Shown piece by piece: positions 1 to 9,646 of a stretch of 64,000 nucleotides of DNA. Both the position numbers and the translations under genes were made by a program. The DNA is taken from positions 1 to 64,000 of the forward strand of contig JAEOUE010000209.1 in the NCBI GenBank assembly GCA_016839515.1, written 5' to 3'. Each line of letters opens with the position of its first letter. The first letter of the stretch is position 1. Under the pieces are notes generated by a model. It searched no databases, was not told where the DNA came from, and saw only the letters and a list, made by a program, of their open reading frames with translations. The DNA comes from Candidatus Hodarchaeum mangrovi (GTDB lineage Archaea > Asgardarchaeota > Heimdallarchaeia > Hodarchaeales > Hodarchaeaceae).

Positions 1-1
1 C

Positions 2-772
2 AAGCAAAATATGACGTTATTTCATCTTTTAACCATGACTTCAGGCTTAGACTGGGATGAGGCTGATTATAATGATCCTCAGAACCCTCTCTATCTTATG
101 TGGGATTCTAGTAATTGGGTTCAGTTTGTTCTCAATCGATCAATGGTTGTTGAGCTTGGAACAACCTTTAGTTACAATTCAGGTGCTTCCCATGTCATGT
201 CTGCAATTCTTAGTGCTACAACAGGTATGAGTACTTTGGCTTATGCCACAAGTCGATTATTTACTCCTCTTGGGATTGATGATTATAATTGGCCTACTGA
301 TCCGCAGGGAATCCACAAAGGAGGGGAAGGGTTAGAGTTAACCCCCAGATCTCTTGCTAAATTAGGTCAGTTATATTTAGACAATGGTTCTTGGAATGGG
401 CAGCAACTTGTTCCAGAACAGTGGATTTTTGATGCAACTCATTCTACGCTTACTCCTCCTTCTAATGGTTATTATGGGTATGGGTATCAATGGTGGCTTC
501 ATCCCAAGGGAATTTTCTCTGCCTGGGGGTATGCTCACCAGCGAGTTATTGTCGTTCCTGAATATCAGGTAGTAGCAACCTTCACGGGGTATATGCCTAC
601 CATCTCAGGTGATCCTGCGGCATCATTAGTCAATGAATATGTCCTCCCTGCGATTTTCACTCATGAAGCGTATGAGGAACCAACATCAACTAATTCTACC
701 CCTTTTTTTACCTGCATACTTCCACCCTTGCTACTTATGGTTCTCCTCCAGAAAAAAATCAAAGGCACCTGA
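2..772 (+). CDS. Serine hydrolase, beta-lactamase/AmpC-like family (5' truncated by window), with C-terminal S/T linker, TM segment and basic tail
   Basis: LLTMTSGL, F-x-YNSG (YxN-type), LAKLGQLYL and YGYQWW motifs; frame open to window edge. Confidence 0.85.
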   Translation, partial: KQNMTLFHLLTMTSGLDWDEADYNDPQNPLYLMWDSSNWVQFVLNRSMVVELGTTFSYNSGASHVMSAILSATTGMSTLAYATSRLFTPLGIDDYNWPTDPQGIHKGGEGLELTPRSLAKLGQLYLDNGSWNGQQLVPEQWIFDATHSTLTPPSNGYYGYGYQWWLHPKGIFSAWGYAHQRVIVVPEYQVVATFTGYMPTISGDPAASLVNEYVLPAIFTHEAYEEPTSTNSTPFFTCILPPLLLMVLLQKKIKGT

Positions 773-912
773 CATCCTTGACTTTAGTTTAATTCGTCAG
801 ATTTTGATGCAGGATAAGAAGACGATTCTTTTAGCTCTTTACATAACCCTTTTAACAAGATTGTAGGAGGAGGGGGTTTATATTCATTTTTCCATAATAG
901 TAATGGTTAGAG

Positions 913-2316
913 GTGCAATTTTTGAATATATTTCGCTCTGCAACCAGATTTGAAAAAATAGCTTATTCTACTGCGACTTTTGGTAATGCTCTACTGGGAG
1001 CTGTGGTATCCATCTTTACCTTCTTTTATTATAAGAATGTGGTGTTTGTTAATTTGTTTACTACCGAGAATCAGCCTCTTATTGGCACGCTTATGGGTAC
1101 TGCACTAGCGATTGGATGGTGGACTCAAGCATTAATGAATCCTATAGCTGGTCATATTTCTGATAAGCTAGCTTCCAGTCGTTTTGGGAGGCGAAAGCCG
1201 TGGTTGATCTTCGGTTCTCCCATCATGGCAATTAGCTTTATTGCCATCTTCTTAGTACCCACTCCTGCCACAGATATTGTTTTTCCAATCCTCTGGTTGA
1301 CCCTTTTTATTACGATTTTTAATGCAGCCTTTGCTGCTACTGTTGTGGTGTATCTTTCTATGATTCCTGCGATTGCTCCCACTCCAGAAGAACGGACAAG
1401 TATCTCTACTTATCGAACCGCATTTTATCTGGTTGGATATATTTTAGGTGCCTTAATTGGTGCATTACTCCAGGTTGAGGAATTGGTTGTTCTTGTAGTC
1501 ATTGTATTATCTGTTTTTATGTTGGCAGGGTTTTATTTCGCTGCTTTTGGCGTAAAAGAACCGACTGAGATCCCAACATTACCAACGTATAGCATTCGTG
1601 AAGCACTTGTCATAACATTCCGCAATCGTCCTTTTATGCCGTATTTAGGATTCACTATTTTTGCTACAGCATTTCAATCTATGCTTATTGCTGCTTTGCC
1701 CGATTTTGGGGCTCATGTTATTTTCAAGGGTGATACAGAGAACATTATTGCCTCTTTTCTTCCTGGAGCCTTCGTAATTACTGCTATTATTGCTGTTGTT
1801 CCCGCAATGATCTGGATCAATCGTGTTGGCAAAAAAACTGCGACTCTCTATTCTTTAATTGCAGCGACCCTTATTACTCCATTTCTTTGTACCGTGGGTT
1901 TAATTCCTGGCTTTGAACTTCTTCAAACTTTAATAATTGTTCTCATCTTAGGTTTTCCAGCTGCTCCATTACTCATTCTTCCTGACGCTATTATCTCGGA
2001 TATTACTGACTATGATGAAATTGTGACAGGAACCCGTCGGGAAGCAATGCATTTTGCTTCTCAAGGTGTTCTAACCCGTTTTGCAGGGGGGATTTCCATT
2101 CAAATTATGGGAATTATCATTGGGCTTTTTGGTGGTAAATATGGTACTCCCTCCTATATATCTCAATTTATGTCTGGTTTGCCCGATGTTCTCGGATTAC
2201 TTCTTATCGGTCCTGTAGCTTCTTTGTTCCTGATCTTTGGTATTTTAATCTTTCGAAAGTATCCTGAGGATGAAGTATTGGAGGCTTGTGCAAAAAAAAC
2301 AGCCAAAGGGTCTTAG
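913..2316 (+). CDS. MFS transporter, GPH/MelB-like family
   Basis: ~12 hydrophobic segments; G-H-I-S-D...FGRRKPW loop; D-Y-D-E...TG-x-RRE motif. Confidence 0.9.
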   Translation: MQFLNIFRSATRFEKIAYSTATFGNALLGAVVSIFTFFYYKNVVFVNLFTTENQPLIGTLMGTALAIGWWTQALMNPIAGHISDKLASSRFGRRKPWLIFGSPIMAISFIAIFLVPTPATDIVFPILWLTLFITIFNAAFAATVVVYLSMIPAIAPTPEERTSISTYRTAFYLVGYILGALIGALLQVEELVVLVVIVLSVFMLAGFYFAAFGVKEPTEIPTLPTYSIREALVITFRNRPFMPYLGFTIFATAFQSMLIAALPDFGAHVIFKGDTENIIASFLPGAFVITAIIAVVPAMIWINRVGKKTATLYSLIAATLITPFLCTVGLIPGFELLQTLIIVLILGFPAAPLLILPDAIISDITDYDEIVTGTRREAMHFASQGVLTRFAGGISIQIMGIIIGLFGGKYGTPSYISQFMSGLPDVLGLLLIGPVASLFLIFGILIFRKYPEDEVLEACAKKTAKGS

Positions 2317-2428
2317 CTGTCTCTAATCATTTTATTTTACGCATCTTTCTTGAAATATCGTATTGCCTTTAATAATTGATGTCAGGGAGTGTAATTTTAA
2401 ATAGTAGAAATTCTGATTCTGTAGCAAT

Positions 2429-3403
2429 ATGTTACTTAATCAAACCCTTGCCAAACAATTTCTTTTTTCCCATCCTTTACATGAAATATTTCAGTTATAT
2501 TACTTACGAATGATTGAGGATCTGTCTCCTTCTTCTTCCACATTTTTGGAGGCTCAGGAGCAGTTAATCCACACGAAACGTTTTGTACCTTTTTTTGCAA
2601 GTCAGGATACTACTGGAGGATGGTTTACAAAAGGGAAGGATGAGGTTTGGACTCCTATGCATCGATCTACTCCATGGACCCTTATTAATCTAGGTTATTT
2701 CTATTTTAATGGAGTTAAAATCCCTCAAATTTCTCGTGCTGTGGATTATATTTTTTCTACACAGATTCATCCCGAGGAACGGGTCTTTCGTAGTGATCAC
2801 CCAGTTTGGGGTCATTTTATGCAGTGTGAAAATGCGATGCTTCTCCGTTCCTTATTGATCATGGGTTTTGATTCACGTTCTGATGTGAAAGATGCTTGTT
2901 TGACTCATCTTACTCATATTAATGGTCAAGAGGGTTTATGTCATTATAAAAAAGGTCCCCAGAGTTCTGATCGTTTTCAACTTCCTTGTGCTTGGGGTTT
3001 AGTCAAAGATTTACTTTTTTTCAACGAATGGCCTATTAATTGGCGTGATAATCTCTATAAAACTACCGTGCAAGCCATCCAGCATTTTCTTTTGGCACAT
3101 GATCTTGCTCATGCAGATTTTCCACGACTAAAACGTCTTACTTCTGCGAAGTGGTTTGAATTTGCGTATTTTCGTAGTTACTATGCTGATCTATTTGAAA
3201 CGGTTGAGGCATTGATACAGTCTGGCATTACTTCCCATGAACGACTTGAGCTTGCGATGATGGTTCTTGCTAATATGTGTCAGGAGGAAATTTCATGGTC
3301 CTGTGGTATTACTCCCTCTTGGCGTTTGAATTTTGAGAAAAAGGGTGTCCTTAGTCCTTGGTTAACCATTAAAGCTCTTCACATTGAAAAATATTTAAAA
3401 TAA
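2429..3403 (+). CDS. Hypothetical alpha/alpha-barrel (prenyltransferase/squalene-cyclase repeat-like) protein
   Basis: Q-x3-GGW repeat-like motifs; SPWLT-x-KAL C-terminus; 324-aa ORF. Confidence 0.5.
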   Translation: MLLNQTLAKQFLFSHPLHEIFQLYYLRMIEDLSPSSSTFLEAQEQLIHTKRFVPFFASQDTTGGWFTKGKDEVWTPMHRSTPWTLINLGYFYFNGVKIPQISRAVDYIFSTQIHPEERVFRSDHPVWGHFMQCENAMLLRSLLIMGFDSRSDVKDACLTHLTHINGQEGLCHYKKGPQSSDRFQLPCAWGLVKDLLFFNEWPINWRDNLYKTTVQAIQHFLLAHDLAHADFPRLKRLTSAKWFEFAYFRSYYADLFETVEALIQSGITSHERLELAMMVLANMCQEEISWSCGITPSWRLNFEKKGVLSPWLTIKALHIEKYLK

Positions 3404-3510
3404 TTGATAGAATTATTGGTATTAAATTGATAAATTCAATTAAAGAAAACAAAGCAATATTACTCATATTTGATTATCGTCAGTAGAAAGAGCTTTATTT
3501 GTAGTAATAG

Positions 3511-4368
3511 TTACTCTACATCTTTTTGACATTCTAAACATAAATAAATTTGTCCTCCTCCGAAGCTTATTTTTTCAATAGGTTTTTTACAATTTTTACA
3601 GGTAGTACCTTTCTTATTTGGGCCCATCATTGGTACATACTGGCCTTTTTTTCCATAAATATCTATAAAATCCATTTTACCTCCTAACCTCATCCGTTCA
3701 TTGATAAGATCTCTGATGGCATTATAAAGTGCTTCGCTTTCTTGTGATGTAAGGGAGGAGGCCTTTCGTTTTGGGTGAAGCTTTGCACGAAAGATAATGT
3801 CTTGAAATGCACTATTTGAAATTCCCACTATTATAGCATCTTTTCCTACTAAGATGGATTTTAAATTTCTATTTAGATGATTAAATTGATTTCGAAAGCC
3901 CTCGATTGAAAAAGTAGAATCAATGGGTGATAATTTGCTGGAAAAATCTCGACGAAAAAGGTATACTGACTCTAGCTCCTTATCTAGAGAAGCAAAGATA
4001 CCTCCCATACTAATAAGTCTTACAGTGAGATATGTCTGATCTGCAAATGTAAGTAATAAATGAAATTTATGCAAGTGATGTTTATTTCCTTCATAAAATC
4101 GTATTATTCCCCCATATTCAGGACCAATTATTAAGTTTACTTGATCTGTCATTTGAATTCGAATGACATTTCCTCGAGCTATTATATTAGAAATTATTTT
4201 ATTGATAAGTCTATCAAAGTCATTTAGATTTTTATTCATAAATCCAATTTTCTGCATTTTTTCATAATCTTCTAACTGATAATTTATCACTTTTTTTCCA
4301 ATAATAACTGTTTTTAACTGTTCTGCAAGGATTTGGGCTTCAGGTAATTCAATACTCATCATAATCAA
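3511..4368 (-). CDS. Fpg/Nei-family DNA glycosylase-like protein (H2TH domain + Zn finger)
   Basis: N-terminal ELPE, RG-N (RGK-like), GISN...IIFRAKLHP H2TH motif, C-terminal CxxC...CxxCQ. Confidence 0.85.
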   Translation of the reverse strand: MIMMSIELPEAQILAEQLKTVIIGKKVINYQLEDYEKMQKIGFMNKNLNDFDRLINKIISNIIARGNVIRIQMTDQVNLIIGPEYGGIIRFYEGNKHHLHKFHLLLTFADQTYLTVRLISMGGIFASLDKELESVYLFRRDFSSKLSPIDSTFSIEGFRNQFNHLNRNLKSILVGKDAIIVGISNSAFQDIIFRAKLHPKRKASSLTSQESEALYNAIRDLINERMRLGGKMDFIDIYGKKGQYVPMMGPNKKGTTCKNCKKPIEKISFGGGQIYLCLECQKDVE

Positions 4369-4516
4369 ATCCTAAGATTCATAGGTTCTCTCACCTCGTG
4401 GACCTCTTTTAAATACTACATTGTTTCTTATCTGGTAATAAGAAATACACAGTTCTTGCCTTGAATCTTGATTTATTTCCATTTTTTCTTCCGTATTAGA
4501 TAATAATGGTGGTTTT

Positions 4517-5455
4517 ATGAAATTTGGAGTGATAATTCATGGTGGTGCGTGGGATATTCCTGATAATGCGGTAACTGATCATTTAAATGGTGTTCAAAAA
4601 GCGTGTAATATTGCTAATAAATTATTAAAGAATGGAAAGTCTTCTTTAGATGCAGTTGAAGCAGCAATCTCTGTTATGGAGAATGATTCAACGTTTGATG
4701 CTGGTAAAGGCTCTTTTGTGAATCAAATTGGTGAAGTAGAAATGGATGCGATTATTGCTACTGAAGGTTACCAATTTGGAGCTGTTTGTGCTGTTCAAAA
4801 TATTTCTAATCCTATTAAATTAGCGCGTTTAGTAATGGAAAAAACTAAACAACATATTTTAGTAGGTAAAGGAGCTAATTTATTTGCAGAACAGATGGGA
4901 CTTCCTTTTGTTGCTCCAGAATCACTTCTTGTTGGTCGAGAATTAGATCGTTATTACAAAATCAAAAGAATTCCCAATTTTTCTGCAAAAAATATGTTTA
5001 GAGATTCAAGAAGAAAAATAAATGGTATGGGAACAGTTGGAGCTATCTGTCTTGATATTTTAGGAAAAATATCTATTGGGGTTTCTACCGGAGGAACTCC
5101 TCATAAACGATCAGGACGGGTAGGGGATACTCCTTTATGGGGTGCAGGGGGTTATGTAGAATCCAGTGTTGGAGCTGCTGCAACGGGGTATGGGGAAGAT
5201 ATAATCAAAGTTTTATTGACCTACAAAGCTGTTGAATATGCGAAAATAGAACCCTCTTTGAATAAAGCTGCAACTAGAGCAATTACTGAATTGAAACGTG
5301 TAAATGGTTTAGGAGGGGTTATTATGCTCAACCAGAATGATGTAGGGTTTGATTTTAATACCCCACGTATGGCTTTTGCCTATCAAATCGAGGATACTGG
5401 TCTCATCGTGGGAATTGATCCAGGGGATGCAAAGAGAGAGAGAAAAGATTACTGA
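4517..5455 (+). CDS. iaaA: Isoaspartyl peptidase/L-asparaginase (Ntn hydrolase)
   Basis: IHGGA, EMDA, GTVGA nucleophile Thr, STGG, GRVGD, TGYGE motifs. Confidence 0.92.
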   Translation: MKFGVIIHGGAWDIPDNAVTDHLNGVQKACNIANKLLKNGKSSLDAVEAAISVMENDSTFDAGKGSFVNQIGEVEMDAIIATEGYQFGAVCAVQNISNPIKLARLVMEKTKQHILVGKGANLFAEQMGLPFVAPESLLVGRELDRYYKIKRIPNFSAKNMFRDSRRKINGMGTVGAICLDILGKISIGVSTGGTPHKRSGRVGDTPLWGAGGYVESSVGAAATGYGEDIIKVLLTYKAVEYAKIEPSLNKAATRAITELKRVNGLGGVIMLNQNDVGFDFNTPRMAFAYQIEDTGLIVGIDPGDAKRERKDY

Positions 5456-5509
5456 TCGTAGTAATAGTAACAAAGTCCATTAAATCTTGAAATTTTTTAC
5501 TCGTTTGAA

Positions 5510-6283
5510 TTAAATATAATATCCTGGTCCTCGTTCGTCTTCCTCATTATTCTGCTCGAGGACTTCCCGTGCAAGATGTTCAATACGTTCGTTTTTTTGC
5601 AAAGCATCGTCGATTGTTTTATCCATTTTTTCGAGATCAAATCCAATAGAATAAAGCTCATCAATTTTTTGCAGTAGATTTTTACTTGCAATAGGATCAG
5701 TCCCAGCTAGGGTTAACTTCCCTAATAATCCATAACTTTCAAGATTTCGTTCTGCTGCCAAGGCAGAAAGAACACCAACTGCACCTGTTACTTCTCCTCC
5801 TTTTAAAAGCGAAATATCATGCTCTGTTAGCCAATCTCTTATTTTTTCAGTGTAGCCAAATCCTGCAATGTCTGGACCATCTTCATGAACTCGGAGACCA
5901 CCGAGACAGATCACTGTATGAGCTTTTTGTTCAACTAAATAATCCAGTATTGAGTTAAGAACCTGAATTATCCCAATATCATGAGGTTGAGCATCACCAG
6001 TCAAAATAATTAAATTAGGGGTGGTATCGGTTATAGCGTATATTTCAACTCGCGCTAACCGTCCTAATCCGCTTTTACTATCTATCTGGACAACGGGAGG
6101 AAAGAAAGAGCTAAAAAATCGAGCTATTTCTATTGCATGATAATTTTCGATCAGAAATGAGGCTGCAATCTTACCAATTAAACCCATACCTGGTAATCCT
6201 TGGATTACGATTACTGGTTCGGTTAATGTAACCTCGGCAAGTCTGTGTAAATAAGTAAAAGAATTTCCTTGGGATTGATTCAA
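5510..6283 (-). CDS. Proteasome assembly chaperone PAC2/PbaB family
   Basis: GLPGMGLIGKIA, GDAQP, LGG, DP-x-AS motifs; C-terminal YYI (HbYX-like). Confidence 0.88.
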   Translation of the reverse strand: MNQSQGNSFTYLHRLAEVTLTEPVIVIQGLPGMGLIGKIAASFLIENYHAIEIARFFSSFFPPVVQIDSKSGLGRLARVEIYAITDTTPNLIILTGDAQPHDIGIIQVLNSILDYLVEQKAHTVICLGGLRVHEDGPDIAGFGYTEKIRDWLTEHDISLLKGGEVTGAVGVLSALAAERNLESYGLLGKLTLAGTDPIASKNLLQKIDELYSIGFDLEKMDKTIDDALQKNERIEHLAREVLEQNNEEDERGPGYYI

Positions 6284-6417
6284 ATTATAATCCTCGATTA
6301 ATCATGGATGGGGATCAGTTTTTATGACTAGCTTTCTTTATTAATACATAAATTTGATTAAAAATCGAAATTTAGGCTAATTTTTCTCCTAGATCCACCA
6401 AATATAATAATTAAATT

Positions 6418-7389
6418 TCAGTAATCGAGGGGAGGTCCATCTCTAATTCCTTGGGAGGTTATATGGAATACTGCTTCTCTTTCAGCTAATTCAGGTGAAT
6501 CAAATATCCGTGCAATCCGTGCAGTTCCTCTAGATTTCCTTAGTAAGATTCTATGCGTTGGTCTATGTCCCCACGCAAAACCAAGAGCTGGAGACAGATT
6601 ACTTTCTCCTGTAAAAAGACTATCTGGATTTCCTAAAATTTGATTAGTAGTAACCACTGCCAATTCAAACGCTTCTGATAATCTTTGTAGGTCTTCTGCA
6701 TGAGACATTAATGTTTGTTGTCTTCGTGGTAAATTATCTTTCCCAGGGAATTCCGCTCGGAAGTGAGAAGCCATTGAATCCACGATAATCAGTCTTACTT
6801 CATTTTTTTCTATTAATTTGTCAGCTTTGGAGACAATTTGGATTTGATGGTCAGTATTATATGCACGACTTACAAATATTTTTTTCAAAAAAAGAGAAGG
6901 ATCCTTAGTAAATGGGTAAGCCATTTCTGCAACTCGTGCAGGTGAAAATGTATTTTCTGTATCAATGAAAAGAGCAGTTCCATCAAGCCCTCCTTCTTCA
7001 ACTGACAATTGAACATTTATACACAATTGAAAAGCTAATTGGGTCTTACCTGTCGAAAAAGATCCACTAAACTCTGTTAAAGCTCCTACGTGAATACCCC
7101 CACCTAGGATTTCATCTAATTGTTGTGAAGACGTTGTTAAATGAGGTTTTATTAGTCTTTGTTGAAGTAATTCAGCAGCAGTAATAGGTTCTGACATCCC
7201 TATTAATTTTCTTGCTTTTAACACGGCAGTTTCAGCAGAACGACGATTTATTTCGCAACGTCTGACTACTTCATCAGGTGGAGTCGTAGCTAATGCAATT
7301 AAGGTAGGAAACTCTTCTTTAAGGCGATTTGTAACTTCTTCAGATAACTTCAATCCTGTGAAGTCATTTTTCTCAGCCATTGCGATCAC
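6418..7389 (-). CDS. RadA/Rad51-family recombinase paralogue
   Basis: N-terminal HhH-like domain, LDEILGGG, Walker A GSFSTGKT, IDTENTF, Walker B LIIVDS, TNQ, RIARIFDSP. Confidence 0.88.
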   Translation of the reverse strand: MIAMAEKNDFTGLKLSEEVTNRLKEEFPTLIALATTPPDEVVRRCEINRRSAETAVLKARKLIGMSEPITAAELLQQRLIKPHLTTSSQQLDEILGGGIHVGALTEFSGSFSTGKTQLAFQLCINVQLSVEEGGLDGTALFIDTENTFSPARVAEMAYPFTKDPSLFLKKIFVSRAYNTDHQIQIVSKADKLIEKNEVRLIIVDSMASHFRAEFPGKDNLPRRQQTLMSHAEDLQRLSEAFELAVVTTNQILGNPDSLFTGESNLSPALGFAWGHRPTHRILLRKSRGTARIARIFDSPELAEREAVFHITSQGIRDGPPLDY

Positions 7390-7531
7390 ATGTATTTAAC
7401 AGAGAAACCTTTCAGTTACTTTTTAATAATAAGAAAGGGATTCACTCCATTTTGTATGTCTTTGGCTTTATTAGGATTGCGGATAAGAGTTTTTAGTATC
7501 ATTAGTCATCTATGATCGTATTTATTTTTTC

Positions 7532-8461
7532 TTAATCTTGGATCTTGTGCTGCAAGTAGTCAACAATAATCTTTGCAACCTTAATATCTGGATAAGTTTC
7601 TTCAAAGGCTTTCCATCCTGGGCAAGCATTCACTTCTAAGACATACAACCCTTCGGATGTGGGAAAAAGGTCTATTCCAGCAACCTCAATTCCTATTTGT
7701 TCAACTATCTTATAAATTTGTTCTTGCATATTCTCATCCAGATTATAAGGTTTACAAATCGCACCTTGAGCATAATTAGTTCTCCATTCTCCTTTAGAAG
7801 CTATTCGTTCCATTGCTCCAAGAATTTGATTTCCAACAACTAAAACTCTTATATCAGATCGTTTTTTATCATCTCTTTTTATATCAGATATTGATGGAGT
7901 TAGAAATTCTTGAATTAATACAGGACTGTGATGTTGAAGGGCTAAAGCATCAATTATTTCTTCTGCAACACGTCTATTAGGAACTAAAATAGTACCTGCA
8001 CCTTGACTAGAATCTGGAATCTTAATGACTACGGGAAATTTAAACCGCTCAATTATTCTTTCAAAAGCATACGAATTATTAATCAAAATTGTCTTTGGTA
8101 GTTTAATGTCAGGTATTTTGTACAGTGTCTGGTAACATCGAAACTTATCGCGAGTATTATACAAGGCCTCAGATGTAATAGTTGTAGGAATACCGATTAA
8201 TTCAAAATGTTTTAAATATATTAAACCAATTTCTGTTTGAGATCGTCCAACACGTGGAATAATTCCATCAATGCTTTTTAATGATTGACCCGCAAAGAGT
8301 GCATCTGATTTAAAAGGAGTTAGATTATCGATAAGGGGAGAAATATAGGGTGTGGATAAATAAATCCCAGAGCAGTCAGATCTTTTAGCGAGTTCATCTA
8401 ATAAAGCTGCTGTTGGAAAAAACTCGCGATTCTTGCTCATAATCCCTATCATATATTTCAT
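7532..8461 (-). CDS. RimK-family ATP-grasp amino-acid ligase
   Basis: DKF, PKT, QEF, DIRVLVVG, WRTN, GIDL, EVNACPG motifs. Confidence 0.9.
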   Translation of the reverse strand: MKYMIGIMSKNREFFPTAALLDELAKRSDCSGIYLSTPYISPLIDNLTPFKSDALFAGQSLKSIDGIIPRVGRSQTEIGLIYLKHFELIGIPTTITSEALYNTRDKFRCYQTLYKIPDIKLPKTILINNSYAFERIIERFKFPVVIKIPDSSQGAGTILVPNRRVAEEIIDALALQHHSPVLIQEFLTPSISDIKRDDKKRSDIRVLVVGNQILGAMERIASKGEWRTNYAQGAICKPYNLDENMQEQIYKIVEQIGIEVAGIDLFPTSEGLYVLEVNACPGWKAFEETYPDIKVAKIIVDYLQHKIQD

Positions 8462-8645
8462 TTGGTTTATCCAACCAGTTTTATCCCAATATTCAATTGA
8501 GAGAATCTAGGAATTTAGGTATTTTAATTTAGTCTCCATAGATAAAGTAAAGTAATTTGATCATCGAATCTTTATTTTCGCCGATCAATAACAAAAAAGG
8601 CTCTTTAAAGCATTAATTTTTCAGTAAAAGGTTCTAAAGAGTGAA

Positions 8646-8849
8646 TTACCGGGTTGGACTTGAAAATATTAAAATGTCGTCAATTAGTTCTACATGAGTT
8701 ATCAGCATTCGTCGACAGCAATATCGTGTTAAATTAAAGGAATCAAGAAGTTCTTTCGCTGTTTTTCCTTCCTTTAAACCTTCTAAGAAGGCATCATACA
8801 AATGAGCGATAACTTTTCCGCAAGTATAACAGCGAATTGGAATCATCAT
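8646..8849 (-). CDS. rpoN: RNA polymerase subunit N (Rpo10/RPB10)
   Basis: MIPIRCYTCGK...RYCCRRML signature. Confidence 0.97.
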   Translation of the reverse strand: MMIPIRCYTCGKVIAHLYDAFLEGLKEGKTAKELLDSFNLTRYCCRRMLITHVELIDDILIFSSPTR

Positions 8850-8867
8850 TGGCTTTTTTCCACCTCT

Positions 8868-9551
8868 TTAATAAGGATCAGATGCAGATAGTGGTCTTCG
8901 TCCTCGAGGAGCTCTAAATTGTTCCACGCGTAATTGGGCATCTCTTTCAGGGGTTAGTTCTCCTCTTTCTCTAAGAACTTCTTTAGTAAGGAGCCAAAAG
9001 ACCATTGCTAATGAATTTCGTCCTTTATTATTACAGGGTATAGCGACATCAACATAACGGGTTACATTATCGGTATCTACGAGTGATACAACAGGAATAC
9101 CAACTCTTGAGGCTTCTTTGAGAGCTTGTCTATCAAAATGAGGGTCTGTAATAACTACACTTGTTGGTTCCAAAAAGTCGTACCGACCTTGGATATTTGG
9201 ATTGGTAAAAATTCCAGGTATAAATCTTCCTGTTATTGCATAAGCTCCAGTTAATTTAGCAAACATTTCAACAGGATATACACCATATGCTCGTACACTG
9301 CATACCGCAATTCGTGACATCGTCTGTCGACCCAAAAATTTTGCAGCGGTACGAATTCGCTCATCTGTTTTATGAACATCTAATACGTATAATCCATCGC
9401 TCCGAGTTCGATATATTGCCCAATCCATACTCTTCATACCTGAAGAAGTACCAATATGGACTCCAGCCTTTAAATAGTCCTCTAGGGGTGCTAATAGATC
9501 CCCTTCAGCCTCAGGGTTCATCATTTGTCTGAAATTCCTCGGGATTCTCAA
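8868..9551 (-). CDS. rps2: 30S ribosomal protein uS2
   Basis: YLKAGVHIG, GRFIPGIFTN, DTDN, IPCNNKG; TTG start. Confidence 0.97.
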   Translation of the reverse strand: MRIPRNFRQMMNPEAEGDLLAPLEDYLKAGVHIGTSSGMKSMDWAIYRTRSDGLYVLDVHKTDERIRTAAKFLGRQTMSRIAVCSVRAYGVYPVEMFAKLTGAYAITGRFIPGIFTNPNIQGRYDFLEPTSVVITDPHFDRQALKEASRVGIPVVSLVDTDNVTRYVDVAIPCNNKGRNSLAMVFWLLTKEVLRERGELTPERDAQLRVEQFRAPRGRRPLSASDPY

Positions 9552-9646
9552 AGTTAATGTCTTTTAACGTCTATGAAAGGCTTCATTGAATGGGTTAAGA
9601 AGTTTTGTTGTGATTCCTTACATTGTAATTTAAAAGATTCCCTCGA

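Noticed and set aside
384-866. Short ORFs 384-572 and 633-866, and similar alternate-frame or antisense ORFs throughout (e.g. 1152-1382, 9287-9532, 12066-12386, 15207-15563, 32292-32612, 46010-46297, 55426-55661)
   Set aside because: They overlap well-supported genes and have no recognisable motifs; shadow ORFs
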